Made by a program: the position numbers and the translations under genes
Notes under the pieces: generated by a model
Seen by the model: the letters and a program-made list of their open reading frames with translations, nothing else
What the model was told of the DNA's origin: nothing
Databases searched by the model: none
NCBI GenBank assembly: GCA_000092065.1
Contig: CP000600.1
Length of the DNA stretch: 64,000 bases
Direction: 5' to 3' (one strand)
Origin: Ostreococcus lucimarinus
Taxonomy: Eukaryota
Part shown: piece after piece, positions 52,476 to 62,696 of the stretch
Position numbering within the stretch: position 1 is the stretch's first letter
Layout of the letters: every line of letters begins with the position of its first letter

Positions 52476-54931
52476 TTAGAGCTTGTCTTCGTATTCGTTG
52501 AGCGGCGGGACGTTCTCCTTGCTACCCTTACGCTTACGGATGTCCTTGACGAGCTTACCAGACTGCGAATCCGGGTTGAGCGGATCGCTGTTGAGCATAT
52601 CCCAGTGATCAAACACACACTGCGGGAACGCTTGGCCGGAAGTCGCTGCACGGAGAGTACCCGTGAAACCGAAAGATTCCATGACCGGCAAGTACGCCTT
52701 GATGTTGTAAATCGGGGTACCCGGGCGCTGGGTCTCTTCGATAACCATACCACGCTTTTGCGTAACGGTGGAGTAGATACCGCCGAGCGCTTGCTCCGGA
52801 GCTTGGATTTCAACCAAGTACACCGGCTCGAGGAGACGCGGTTCCGCGGTGAGTGCAGACGCGTACAAGACACGGCGGCACGTCGGGATGATTTGACCAC
52901 CACCACGGTGAATGGCATCGGTGTGGAGAACGACATCGTGGATCTCGAACTTGATGCCGCGCATGTTTTCTTCGGCGAGGACACCTTCCTTGGTGGCCCA
53001 CTGGAACGCCGCAACGCACGAATCCTTGATTTCGTTGAGGTACTGGACACCCTTACACATATCGACGATGAGGTTCGGGCCGGTGGTGTCCGGACCGAAG
53101 CACCAAATCTTCTTGGCGCCGAGATCCTTGTCCCAGCCGTACTTGTCAGCCAAGAAACGACCGCGAGTCTTCGGGTCATCGCGCGGGGTGACTTCACCGT
53201 TGTCAATGGCTTCGGCAAGACCTTCGTCCATGGCGACGGCTTGGAAGTACAAACGGTTGTGCTTGTTCGGGGACTTGGACATGCAAATGTGGTCCGAGGT
53301 ACCGTTGACGGTTTCGCGGAAGGACACGACCGGATCGGAGATGCGAATTTCGGCACCACCCATGAAATCTTCTTGGAGATCCTTCAAGCAGATTTCGAGG
53401 TGAAGCTCACCAGCACCGGCGACGATGTGCTCACCAGTCTCTTCGATTTGGCACTGAACCATCGGATCGGACTTGGAAAGGCGCTTGAGACCTTCGACGA
53501 GCTTGGGGAGATCTTGCGAGTTCTTGCACTCAACAGCGACGCGGACAACCGGAGAGACGGAGAACTTCATCGCCTTGATGGTGTGCGCATCGACATCCTT
53601 CTCACCAGTGATGGTCGCATTCTTTTGGATGAACTGATCGAGACCAACCATGGCGACGGTGTTACCGCACGGCACGTTGTCGATAGCGTCTTGACGACGG
53701 CCCATGCACAACACGGTGCGCTGGATGGACTTGATGTACAAATCCTTCTTCTCACCCGGAACGTAGTTCGGACCCATGATGCGCACCTTTTGGCCAGTTT
53801 GCACGGTACCAGAGAACACACGACCGAAGGCCAAGAAACGACCCTTATCGGCGGTCGGGATCATCTTGGACACGTACAACATGAGCGGACCGTTGGCATC
53901 GCACTCGCGAATCGCGTTGGCGTAGGCGTCATCGAGCGGACCCTCGTAGAGGGTATCCGCACGGTACTTTTGCGCCGTAGCCGGGGAAGGCAAGTGGTAG
54001 ATGATCATCTCAAGAAGAGCAACATCGGCCGGCAACCAGGTTTGCATGATACGCTTCATCAACGGCTTGCCCATCAAGTCCAAGTCAGCGGGCTTGAGCC
54101 TATCCTTCACTTGAAGCTTTTCGAGCATCGGCCAGAGCTTGTCCTTGTTGTCGTTCATCGCGGCATCGATGACGCGACGGATCGGCTCGTAGCAGAACTG
54201 GACGAAAGCACGCATGCACGTCTTCGAGCCAGTGTTCTTCTTGGTCCACTTACGCTCCTTCGGATCGAAGAAGTTGTCGCCCCAAAGCTTGCCCATCATG
54301 GCGTCTTGGTCAATGCCGAACTTGGCGGCGTACATCTTCGCGAAAACGGTCAAGGTGAACGCCCAGTTGTGAAGACCAGCGGAGAAGCACACGGTACCCT
54401 TCTCCGGCGCGACTTGCACGTCACCGAGCGCCTCATCCGTGTAGGTAGCCATGATGACGTTCGCATTTTCGATGACGCGGCAGAAGTTTTGGTACGCCTC
54501 TTCGCCGTCGAGCATGAGTTCGAGGAAGCAGCGATCGAGCTTGTTCACCGTCATCACAGGCTTAATGCGTTCACCGAGCGCTTGACGAAGCACGGTTTCG
54601 GTTTGTACGCAAACACCTTCGACGCAATCAACGACGACCAAGGCGCCGTCGGTGATGCGCAACGCCGCCGTCACCTCGGACGAGAAATCGACGTGACCCG
54701 GAGAATCAATCAAGTTGATCAGGTAGTTGTTACCATCACGCGGCACATCTTTCGGCAAGCGCGCCAAATCCTCGTCAGACACGGTGTAGAACAACGAAAT
54801 ACCCGTGGACTTGATCGTAATGCACCGATCTTGCTCGTCTTGACGCGTATCCGTCAAGCGCGCGTCCCCGGCGTTTTCCTGCGCGATGATCCCCGCCGCG
54901 GCGACGAGAGAATCCGTGAGCGTCGATTTAC
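52476..54931 (-). CDS. EEF2: Elongation factor 2, exon 3 (codons about 31-848)
   Basis: An unmistakable eEF2 sequence from [25 protein letters not shown] through the C-terminus. The ORF track starts at an internal TTG; the reading frame continues upstream to an AG acceptor (aatag|GGTAAATCG). Confidence 0.9.
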
Positions 54932-55112
54932 CCTATTCATTTCACCGTCCGAACGCGCGTATTTTCGTCAGTCTCACGCGTCCGCGTTCGCGTGCGCGTG
55001 CGGTCGCCTCGCATTAGGGTTCAGCCTCGTCCCGTCACCCGCGGTGTCGTAACCCCAATCAATCATCAATCCGTCGCATCGATTCGCGCGTCGCCTCGCC
55101 TCGCCGACGTAC
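54932..55112 (-). other. EEF2: EF2 intron 2 (about 181 nt, GTACGT...CTGAC...AATAG, phase 0 between H and G of AHVDHGKST)
   Basis: The donor gtacgt follows directly after CAC(His); the branch-like gactgacgaa lies about 35 nt before the acceptor aatag. Needed to join exons in frame. Confidence 0.65.
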
Positions 55113-55193
55113 GTGATCGACGTGCGCGATCACAGACATATTACGGATATTCTTGTTGTGATCCATCTGCTTGCGCAGCTCATCGATGGTAAA
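55113..55193 (-). CDS. EEF2: Elongation factor 2, exon 2 (FTIDELRKQMDHNKNIRNMSVIAHVDH)
   Basis: The minus-strand translation of this 81-nt block is the conserved eEF2 N-terminus. It is bounded by an ATAG acceptor upstream and a GTACGT donor downstream. Coordinates are +/-2. Confidence 0.7.
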
Positions 55194-55338
55194 CTATCGC
55201 GCGAAAACGTTCGTCAGTCGCCCGTCCGTCGCGTCGCTCGATCGCGTAATCATCCTCGCGCGCGTTCGCGCGCGCGCGCGCATCCGCGACGCGCGCGCGG
55301 CGCCCGCGACGCGCGCATCGCGTCGAAACATTCGCGCA
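55194..55338 (-). other. EEF2: EF2 intron 1 (about 145 nt, GTGCGC...CTGAC...GATAG)
   Basis: The donor gtgcgc follows directly after AAG; the branch-like gactgacgaa lies about 20 nt before the acceptor gatag. Confidence 0.55.
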
Positions 55339-55347
55339 CCTTCACCA
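55339..55347 (-). CDS. EEF2: Elongation factor 2, exon 1 (ATG GTG AAG = MVK)
   Basis: ccATGGTGAAG|gtgcgc on the minus strand. MVK|FTIDxxR reconstitutes the canonical eEF2 start MVNFT. Coordinates are +/-2. Confidence 0.55.
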
Positions 55348-55467
55348 TGGCGAGCGATCGGGCGGCGTCTCTTCGTCGTCGGCGTGCGCGAGCGGCGCGG
55401 AGAGTGACGGCGCGACGGCCGACGGCGACGGCGGGGCGAAAGTGTCGAAAGGTTCGTGTTTTTTATG

Positions 55468-58212
55468 TTACTCGATGTCGGGCGACGCGCGCGACGCGAG
55501 GCGCGACGGCGACGCGGGCGAACGCGGGCGGACGTCGCGAGCGGTGGAAGACGCGCGAGGGCGCGCGATGGTGCAAAACGCGCGCTTGAGTCGCGACGCG
55601 AGGGCGGAGGTGAGGAAGGAGAGAACGAACCAGATGAGGAAGACGGCGCGGCGACGCGAGGCGACGGATCGACGCTCGACGCGAGCCTCGAGCACGCGAG
55701 CGATGTGGGATGGAGAATCGCCGACGGGGACGTAAATCGTGCGTTCGATGAGGCAAGGCGTGGATAACGGAGATGTGGACGCGCACGGTTGGGCGTAGAC
55801 GGTGGTTTGGAAGAAGCACTTGACGTCGGCGGGGAGGTTTTCGCAGGATGACGTCGGGAGAACGCCGACGGCGACGCGGAGCTTGACGGTGTCCTCGAAG
55901 GCAGCGGTGTTTGTGTCGCGCGGAACGTATGCGATGGTCGCTTGACGAAATAGGGCGGCGATCTCAGATGGCGGACCGATGAGATCTATCCTGTTTCGTC
56001 GGTTCGAGGAGATGATCGGCGCGAGACGCGCCGCTCTCGCGTCTCGCACCTCGAGCACGGTCGAGGATGGGCTCCACATCTTCACCGACATCGCGTAGGC
56101 GTCGTAATCCGGATCAGTGTCGATGTCTATGATTCCGGATAGTACGAAAGAGGTCGTGTTGGGCGTGATCCGCTCGATTTGATTGAGACGATTCTGATCG
56201 ATCCGAATCGTCGGCGCGTCGGGGCGGTTTCGCACGAAGACGTACGCCGCGTATGGATCCGTGGTCCAACCGTTCGACGTCTTCAGGGACATACGAAGGG
56301 TATCAGGCCGTCCAACGTTCCAATTCTCGGCTCTCGTACCCATGAGTGACATTTCGACGCCATATACATCTACGCTGGGGATGTTGAAGTAGTCGCGCTC
56401 GGGAACGTATGTAAAGCTGCCGCACGCGCACGCGTGACCAATCGCCGTAAACGATGACGTATTCGCCGCCCAAGCCTGGCATGTCGCGTTTTGCGTGCTT
56501 GAACACGCCATCGCACTGAGCTGTGCGTCCGTGTCACCGACAATCTCGCCGTACCTCGGCGCCGTCGTAACCGTCGCGAAGAACGCGAGCGACGACAACG
56601 ACTCGCCCACGCACGCCGCGGTGACTCGAATGATCCCGCCTTCGTCTTCACTGACGGTTTGGGTGCGATCGAGCAACGCGCACGGCGTTTTAAGAAAAAA
56701 CATCACTTCGCTTTGGTCGCTCAGCGCGCCGTTCTCATCGACAACGACGTATGCCACGGAATCGCTCTCACCCAAAGCAAAGGAAACGTACGTCAAGCAC
56801 GTCGCATTCGGCGAGGTGACGTTCGCGCCGGTGCGCAGCGCATTCGCTCCCTCCACATCATCACACGCGTACAGGCTCCCAAGTGCTGGCTCTCGAGTGA
56901 TGTGCACGGAAGTCACACGATCACCGCGGCATAGTATGGCGCGCTGAGGACACGTCGCGTCGATGTCTTCGACGACAAGCCGCACGATCGCGGGCACGCC
57001 GCGATAAGCGATGACGTTTGACCCTGTGGATACCGGTGCGTCGTTCACGTTCGTTACTCGAATGTGGACAAACGCGCTACCAAAAGCTTCGGTGCCGTCG
57101 CTCACATCAAACTCGAACGAATCGTAATCAAAGAGCGCCGTAGCGTTGCCTTCAATCGAAAAATCATTCGGCGCCGGCGCAAATCGCACCGACGCGCTCG
57201 CAAGCGAGTGAGGCGCAGAAAGGATTTCGATCGCGTCCCCGTTTGCGTGAACGTCATATAAATGTCCTCGTTTCGGTAACGATGTGATGCGATACCACAC
57301 ATCGTCGCCGTCCGCGTCGTATGCGACGAGTTCTGCGTCCACCGAGTCGTCCTCCTCGCACGTGACGTTTTGCGAAATCGCGAACGGTTTGGAATTTTCC
57401 AGCGACGCGTTCGCGGATATCGCTAACTCATCGTCGCTCAGGGCGTAGTCGTATATGTTAATGCCATAAATTATCCCTGCGAATGCGTCATCGCCGTACG
57501 CGCCGACGGCAATGCGAGATCTGCTCGCGTTCCACGTGGAGACGGCGTCGCCCCCCGGGCTCTCGAAGAACCAATCCACGGGTGGAAACGCTTTCGTGCC
57601 GTTCAGGAAGAGTCGGATGCCTTGCGCGTCGTACACGAGCGCGACGTGATTTAAATCTCCGTGCGACAGCCTGGGTATGCCCATATGCCCTCGACGCATG
57701 TGGTCATCCCACGAGCACTCGAACGGGTGCGTCGAATGCGTCACTCGCATCTTCGTCGACAAAAATCCATCTTGAATCCAAATCGACATGTAATATCCCT
57801 CAAAGCACCCGGTGTGCGCCCACGACGTCTCATCGTCGTTCAAACTGAAAACTAAAAGCGGCTGTCGTTCTTCAGGCGTCGTGGCGGTAAAATCCGGAAC
57901 GATCCGCATCTCGATCGTAAACGTCCCGTCGCCTTCGCCGATGAGCGCCATCGCGCCGTTCTCTTCCCCTCGAGACGTCATCATCGCCCGCCGCGTCGAC
58001 GTCGGCTCGAACACGACCCCGTTCGACCGCATCGCGCACATCGCGTCGCCCTCGATCGCGTCGCACCTCGCATCGCCGACGACGTCGAACGCCGCTCGGC
58101 GCGCGCCCAGCCCGCACGTCTCTCGTCTCGCCGCGTACGCGCACGTCGGCGTCCCTCCCTCCGCGCCGCGCATCATCACCACCGCGATCGCCGCCGCGCG
58201 CAGCCCCATCAT
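55468..58212 (-). CDS. Type I membrane protein with ConA-like lectin/LamG-like and cadherin-like (VNDAP) motifs
   Basis: Signal peptide MMGLRAAAIAVVMMRGAEG. LamG/pentraxin-like block (HVALVYDAQGIRLFLNGT). HIRVTNVNDAPV, a cadherin-type DxNDN motif. Single C-terminal TM AVFLIWFVLSFLTSALASRL. ORF 55468..58326 was trimmed to the signal-peptide Met. Confidence 0.6.
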   Translation of the reverse strand: MMGLRAAAIAVVMMRGAEGGTPTCAYAARRETCGLGARRAAFDVVGDARCDAIEGDAMCAMRSNGVVFEPTSTRRAMMTSRGEENGAMALIGEGDGTFTIEMRIVPDFTATTPEERQPLLVFSLNDDETSWAHTGCFEGYYMSIWIQDGFLSTKMRVTHSTHPFECSWDDHMRRGHMGIPRLSHGDLNHVALVYDAQGIRLFLNGTKAFPPVDWFFESPGGDAVSTWNASRSRIAVGAYGDDAFAGIIYGINIYDYALSDDELAISANASLENSKPFAISQNVTCEEDDSVDAELVAYDADGDDVWYRITSLPKRGHLYDVHANGDAIEILSAPHSLASASVRFAPAPNDFSIEGNATALFDYDSFEFDVSDGTEAFGSAFVHIRVTNVNDAPVSTGSNVIAYRGVPAIVRLVVEDIDATCPQRAILCRGDRVTSVHITREPALGSLYACDDVEGANALRTGANVTSPNATCLTYVSFALGESDSVAYVVVDENGALSDQSEVMFFLKTPCALLDRTQTVSEDEGGIIRVTAACVGESLSSLAFFATVTTAPRYGEIVGDTDAQLSAMACSSTQNATCQAWAANTSSFTAIGHACACGSFTYVPERDYFNIPSVDVYGVEMSLMGTRAENWNVGRPDTLRMSLKTSNGWTTDPYAAYVFVRNRPDAPTIRIDQNRLNQIERITPNTTSFVLSGIIDIDTDPDYDAYAMSVKMWSPSSTVLEVRDARAARLAPIISSNRRNRIDLIGPPSEIAALFRQATIAYVPRDTNTAAFEDTVKLRVAVGVLPTSSCENLPADVKCFFQTTVYAQPCASTSPLSTPCLIERTIYVPVGDSPSHIARVLEARVERRSVASRRRAVFLIWFVLSFLTSALASRLKRAFCTIARPRASSTARDVRPRSPASPSRLASRASPDIE

Positions 58213-58732
58213 CACCACCGCGCGCTCGCGCCGCGCTCGACGTCGACGTCCCTTCCTCCCGTCGCCGCCGCCGTCGCCGTCGCCGTCGTCGTCGCCGTCG
58301 CCGGCGTCATCGATTCGCGCGCGCATTCGCCGTTTCTCTTCCCTCGTCCTCGCGCGTCGCGTCGCGTCGCGTCCCTCGCTCTCTCGCGCGCGCGCGCACG
58401 CGCGATTATTTTATTTCACCCGCGCCCGATCCGTCGCGCGCGCGATCCGTCGCCGCGTCCGTCGTCGCGCTGTGCCGCGCGCCGAAGCGCCGCGGGAGAC
58501 GAAGGGTCGCGACGTCGTTTTTTAAACCCTCCGGCGGCGACCGTCGAAAAACCGTCGTTTGGCGAAATCGCCCCCGCGCCGCGCGCGACGGCCGTCGATC
58601 GCGCGACCGCGCGCCAGACGACCGCGCGACCGGGCGACGACGCGCGAAGAACCGCGACGCGGCGATCGCGCCGACGCGCGCGCGCGCGACGACGCGAGCC
58701 GCGCCGCGCGAGCGCGCGCGACGGTGGAGAAC

Positions 58733-59254
58733 ATGTACGAACCGAGCGTGCTGTGCCCGAGCCTGCAGTACTCGTGCGACGCGTGCGGCGACCTGCCGAT
58801 CCTGCGCCGGCGGTGGGTGTGCGAGCGGTGCGAGGATTACGATTTGTGCGAGCAGTGTCACGCGCGACAGCACAAGCGACAGCGAGAGCGAGCGCGGGGA
58901 CGACCGGAGAGCGGGAGCTCGACGACGACGACGACGACGAGCGAAGAGGACGAAAACGGAGACTTCGCGCACGACGCGACGCACGAGATGCGAGCGTTCG
59001 CGGTGGAGGATGACATGGAACCGGTGACGAAGGGGAAATTGAGGGATTGCGTGCTGGACGCGGCGTCGAGGTGGTACGTGGAGACGCTGAGGAACGCGAA
59101 GCAGGGAGACGCGAACGCGGCGGCGTTGGCGGCGCAAATGTTATTGGTGGGATACGGGTGCAACGCCGACGCGGACGAGGCGTCGTATTGGCAAAACGTC
59201 GCGCGGAGCTCGGGGGCGAGGCGCGTGGAGGGGGTGTACGATGAGCTTCCGTGA
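58733..59254 (+). CDS. ZZ-type zinc-finger protein with Sel1-like repeat
   Basis: ZZ finger [31 protein letters not shown]. Sel1-like [25 protein letters not shown]. The start was trimmed to the MYEPSVL Met; the ORF track starts at 58559 with an Arg-rich extension. Confidence 0.55.
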   Translation: MYEPSVLCPSLQYSCDACGDLPILRRRWVCERCEDYDLCEQCHARQHKRQRERARGRPESGSSTTTTTTSEEDENGDFAHDATHEMRAFAVEDDMEPVTKGKLRDCVLDAASRWYVETLRNAKQGDANAAALAAQMLLVGYGCNADADEASYWQNVARSSGARRVEGVYDELP

Positions 59255-59528
59255 CGAGACGGCGAGGCGAGGGCGAACGTCGCGAGCGAGGCTCGATCGC
59301 GGCGGACACACGACGCGACGATGATTTCTGGGGATTCGTAAAACCATCGCGACGGCGGCGCTCGACGACGCACGATGTCGACCGCGTCGATCGCTCCCAG
59401 ACTTAGAGTTTGTTCTGTAGATGCGCAATTGTTCCATTCTTTCGCTTTCGCTCGGCGGACGACGACGACGACGAATCTCCGCCACACCCCCACGCGTCCC
59501 GCGACGACGCGTCCCGCGCCGGACGACG

Positions 59529-60563
59529 ATGCCGGCCGCGACGCTCGCCGCGCGGTGTCCGCGACCGCCGCGCGCGAGCCGCGACGCGCGCGCGGCGTCG
59601 CGGCGTCGACGGTTTCCCGTCGCACGGCCGCGTTGGCGACGCGTCGACGCGCGACGCGCGACGACGCGCGCGGTGCGCGGCGCGCGCGACGACCGCGGCG
59701 AGACGAATTGTTTCGGGTCGCGTCTCGCCGCGCTCGTCCTGTCCGTGGCGACCGCGACGACGTTGAGCGCGGCGGGCGACGCGACGGCGGCGCCGGAGCG
59801 CGCGACGGCGACGGCGACGGCGACTCGACGCGAGAAGACGATCGAGCGCGCGGACGACGCGGCGGGCGCGCGAACGGCCGCGCGGCGCTTCGTCGCGACG
59901 ATCGCGGCGGCGGAAGAGGCGGGGTACGAATACGAGGCGTTCGATGGGAAGGCGGCGAAGGCGCTTCGATTCGACGTGCCGACGCGTTGGGTCAAAGCGA
60001 TCGATCGCGCGTACGACGACAGCGCCACGACGTCGGGACGGACGATCGCGATGATTGGGAATTTTAAAACTATCGATACCGTGAGTGTGCGCGTGGAGAC
60101 GGTGAGCCCGGAGATCGCGCGGATGGCGTCGAGCGGAGAGGACGCCGCGGACGCCAAGTCGGTGGCGGACGCGTTGACGGCGAACGAACGCGCGGCGGTG
60201 GAAGCGTTGGAGTCGTTCGGGGTGATCGGGGGCGTGGAGAATGGAAGGTCGGGGACGATGGCGTTCGCCCTGATGGACGACGCGCGAGTGAAGAAGGGAC
60301 CGGATGGGCGCAAGTATTACGTGTTTTCGTACGAGACGGAGGTGTGCCGGGCGAAAATCGAAGAAGGAATGGGAGGGTCGAAAATCTGCGTCGGGCCGCA
60401 AGGGGACGTGCTCGATAGCATTCAGCGCCGAAGTCGCGTGGTGGTGACGTTTGTGGGCAATCGTGTGGTTAAGTTGCACGCGTCGGCGGTGAGCTCGAGG
60501 TTCGACGAGGTCGAGGAAATCATGAATCGCGCCGTCGATAGTTTCGCGCTCAACGTCGTTTGA
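59529..60563 (+). CDS. Putative thylakoid-lumen PsbP-domain-like protein with bipartite (Tat-type) transit peptide
   Basis: Arg-rich stromal transit region, then RR...hydrophobic core...AxA (SRLAALVLSVATATTLSAAGDA). The mature part has a loose PsbP-like pattern (YEYEAFDG..RW...GNFKTIDTVSVRVE..KYYVFSYE). An alternative start is at 59421. Confidence 0.4.
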   Translation: MPAATLAARCPRPPRASRDARAASRRRRFPVARPRWRRVDARRATTRAVRGARDDRGETNCFGSRLAALVLSVATATTLSAAGDATAAPERATATATATRREKTIERADDAAGARTAARRFVATIAAAEEAGYEYEAFDGKAAKALRFDVPTRWVKAIDRAYDDSATTSGRTIAMIGNFKTIDTVSVRVETVSPEIARMASSGEDAADAKSVADALTANERAAVEALESFGVIGGVENGRSGTMAFALMDDARVKKGPDGRKYYVFSYETEVCRAKIEEGMGGSKICVGPQGDVLDSIQRRSRVVVTFVGNRVVKLHASAVSSRFDEVEEIMNRAVDSFALNVV

Positions 60564-60619
60564 CGCGATGTTTCTAGAACTGATTGATTTTGAAAACAAC
60601 ATCGATGGCTAATCGCACT

Positions 60620-61237
60620 CTATTGCGTCTGAATTTCTGTCTCGGGGATCACAGCGGCTGCCGTTTGTGTCTGCGTCGGCGCCGCGTCGATGACAATTTC
60701 GTCCTCGTCGTTCGCGGGCTTCTTCGTCGGCGACTCGCCAGGTTTGAAAAATTCTGTCACTCGTCTCGAACCGTTGGCGTCCGCCAACTTTTTCGCCTTC
60801 TTCGCGGACGGCGCGTCGTCGTCGTCATCGTCGTCATCATCATCGTCATCGTCATCACCCTTCTCTCCCTCTCGCGGCCGCATCGCCCACACGTGATCGT
60901 GTAAAAATTCATACTTGCCCCGTCGCAAGACGAAGCTCTCCAAATCCTTGTACTGCACGCCTTTTCTCTTCGCCGCGCGCATGCCCGCGTGTGAACCGAC
61001 GGCTAAGCCCTCTAAAAACAGCTCCGTCGCCTTCGTCACGCACTTAATCGCATCCGCTGACGCTTGCTTGACATCCTTATCGAGCTTGATGATTCGTTTC
61101 ACGCGCGCCACGGGCAAAACCGTGTCGTTCTCCGCCGGTTTACCGTCGACGTCCGCCGTCTTCTCCTCCGGCACCTCACCCCGCGCCACCGCCGCCGCCA
61201 CCGCGGCCTCGTACGCCTTTTCGGTGTCTTCTTTCAT
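60620..61237 (-). CDS. Histone-fold protein (NF-YC / DNA polymerase epsilon DPB3-DPB4 / CHRAC family) with poly-Asp tail
   Basis: Histone-fold core LPVARVKRIIKLDKDVKQASADAIKCVTKATELFLEGLAVGSHAGMRAAKRKGVQYKDL; a D14 acidic run; Lys-rich C-terminus. Confidence 0.8.
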   Translation of the reverse strand: MKEDTEKAYEAAVAAAVARGEVPEEKTADVDGKPAENDTVLPVARVKRIIKLDKDVKQASADAIKCVTKATELFLEGLAVGSHAGMRAAKRKGVQYKDLESFVLRRGKYEFLHDHVWAMRPREGEKGDDDDDDDDDDDDDDAPSAKKAKKLADANGSRRVTEFFKPGESPTKKPANDEDEIVIDAAPTQTQTAAAVIPETEIQTQ

Positions 61238-61330
61238 TTTCTATCGCGCGCGATGACATCGCTTGCGTCGTCAGTCCTCCGCGAAGCGCGTCGTCGCTTC
61301 AAATTTCAAATTTTCAACCCGCCTGTCAAA

Positions 61331-61585
61331 TCATCGCATCGCATCGTCGTTCATCTCGTCGTCGCGCGCGTTCTCACGACGGCGCGTCGCATCGCGCGCT
61401 AAAACGTGTGTTTCACGCACCGCCTTGACCTCGTCCGACATCGCGTTCCATTTAAGCGATATCGCGCGCGCGATTTCAGCGATCGACGGCTTCTCCACGC
61501 CGCTCGCGATGAGCTCGCGCTTGACCTCGTCGCGATTGGCGTTGGAGTACGCCATGTAGGCGCTGAGCTTTTTAGGGTACGCCAT
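61331..61585 (-). CDS. HMG-box protein (HMGB/NHP6-like)
   Basis: PKKLSAYMAYSNANRDEVKRE...IAEIARAISLKWNAMSDEVKA is a classic HMG box. A gtgcgt donor-like sequence sits immediately after ...EVKA, so a 3' intron cannot be excluded. Confidence 0.7.
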   Translation of the reverse strand: MAYPKKLSAYMAYSNANRDEVKRELIASGVEKPSIAEIARAISLKWNAMSDEVKAVRETHVLARDATRRRENARDDEMNDDAMR

Positions 61586-61685
61586 GGCGCGATCTAAAGC
61601 GCCGAGCGCGACCGAGCGCGCGCGCGTGTGGCGACGGGAGCGTTCGTCGTTTCGTCGTACGGCGCTACGGTGACGTTGACAAAAA

Positions 61686-62579
61686 CTACGACGGCGAATC
61701 CTTCGCGCGTTTCGAGCTGCGCCCGTCGCTCTTCTCTAAATCGTTCTCGCTCTTTCTCTTCTCCTTCTTCTCCTTCTTCTCCTTCTTCTCCTTCTTCTCC
61801 TTCTTCTCCTTCTTCTCCTTCTCCTTTTTCGACTTTTTCTCGCGCCGCGAATCCGAATCCGCCGGCGCGACGAGCTTGCGCTCGATGCTCGTGATCCCAC
61901 TCGACGATCTCGCCACGTACTCGCGCTCGCCCGTGGCGGGATCTTTCATCGCCCCTCTCAGCAACACCACGTCATCGCTCTCCGTCACCGCTTTCACCGT
62001 GAACACGATCTGCGACCCGACCTTTATCACGTGCGTCGCGTCCCACGCGCTTCGCCAGCACCCGTCGTCGCTCGACGACACCAACTCCTCCCGTATATTT
62101 TCCGCCGCGATCGCGACGTTAAATCTATCCAGCACCAACGCTCCGATAAAATCGTGCGCGATCTTATTCACCGTGCCGACCAAGCGCGATTCTTTCACCG
62201 GCGTGAACACCTCGCACCGCGCTCGCACGCGCACGTCCACGTGCCCGCTCGCGTGCAGCACCCTTCCGAACCCTCCTCGCCCGTCGTCGTCGTCCGCCTC
62301 CGCGTCGTCGCTCTCGGACGTCGACGTTTCATCGTCGCCGTCGTCGTCGCCGTCGTCGTCGCGCTCGCGTCGTCGCGCGCCGCACAGCGCTTCGTCGTCG
62401 TACGCCATGAGCACGCCGCCGAGCGCGTCCACGTGTCGCATCTTCATCGCGTCGAGCACCGCGCGCGCGCCCGCGAGCGGGTCCGCGAGCGCCGACGGGT
62501 GGAGCGCGACGGTGAACACGCACGACCTCGTCGCCACCGCGCTCGACGCGCGCGCGTCGTCGGCGCGAGGGCGCGCCAT
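61686..62579 (-). CDS. RNA polymerase Rpb7-like subunit (RPA43-like) with (KKE)n tail
   Basis: The N-terminal Rpb7/SHS2-like pattern runs from MARPRADDARASSAVATRSCVFTVALHPSALADPLAGARAVLDAMKMRHVDALGGVLMAYDDE through HASGHVDVRVRARCEVFTPVKESRLVGTVNKIAHDFIGALVLDRFNVAI. An S1-like half follows. ORF 61686..63251 was trimmed to MARPRADD. Confidence 0.6.
   Translation of the reverse strand: MARPRADDARASSAVATRSCVFTVALHPSALADPLAGARAVLDAMKMRHVDALGGVLMAYDDEALCGARRRERDDDGDDDGDDETSTSESDDAEADDDDGRGGFGRVLHASGHVDVRVRARCEVFTPVKESRLVGTVNKIAHDFIGALVLDRFNVAIAAENIREELVSSSDDGCWRSAWDATHVIKVGSQIVFTVKAVTESDDVVLLRGAMKDPATGEREYVARSSSGITSIERKLVAPADSDSRREKKSKKEKEKKEKKEKKEKKEKKEKKEKRKSENDLEKSDGRSSKRAKDSPS
61750..61830. 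repeat. Perfect 9-mer microsatellite (cttctcctt)n, about 8-9 copies, coding (KKE)n on the minus strand
   Basis: ttctccttcttctccttcttctccttc... seen directly; translates to KKEKKEKKEKKEKKEKKEK in the RPA43-like tail. Confidence 0.8.
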
Positions 62580-62696
62580 CGTGTGACGGGACCGGCGGCG
62601 GCGGGTTCGTACTAGGTCCGTGTGTGTCTCACTTCGCCGCAATGAGACTCGACGCCCCGCGCGACCGCACGACGCGACCGCACGACCGCGCGCGCG

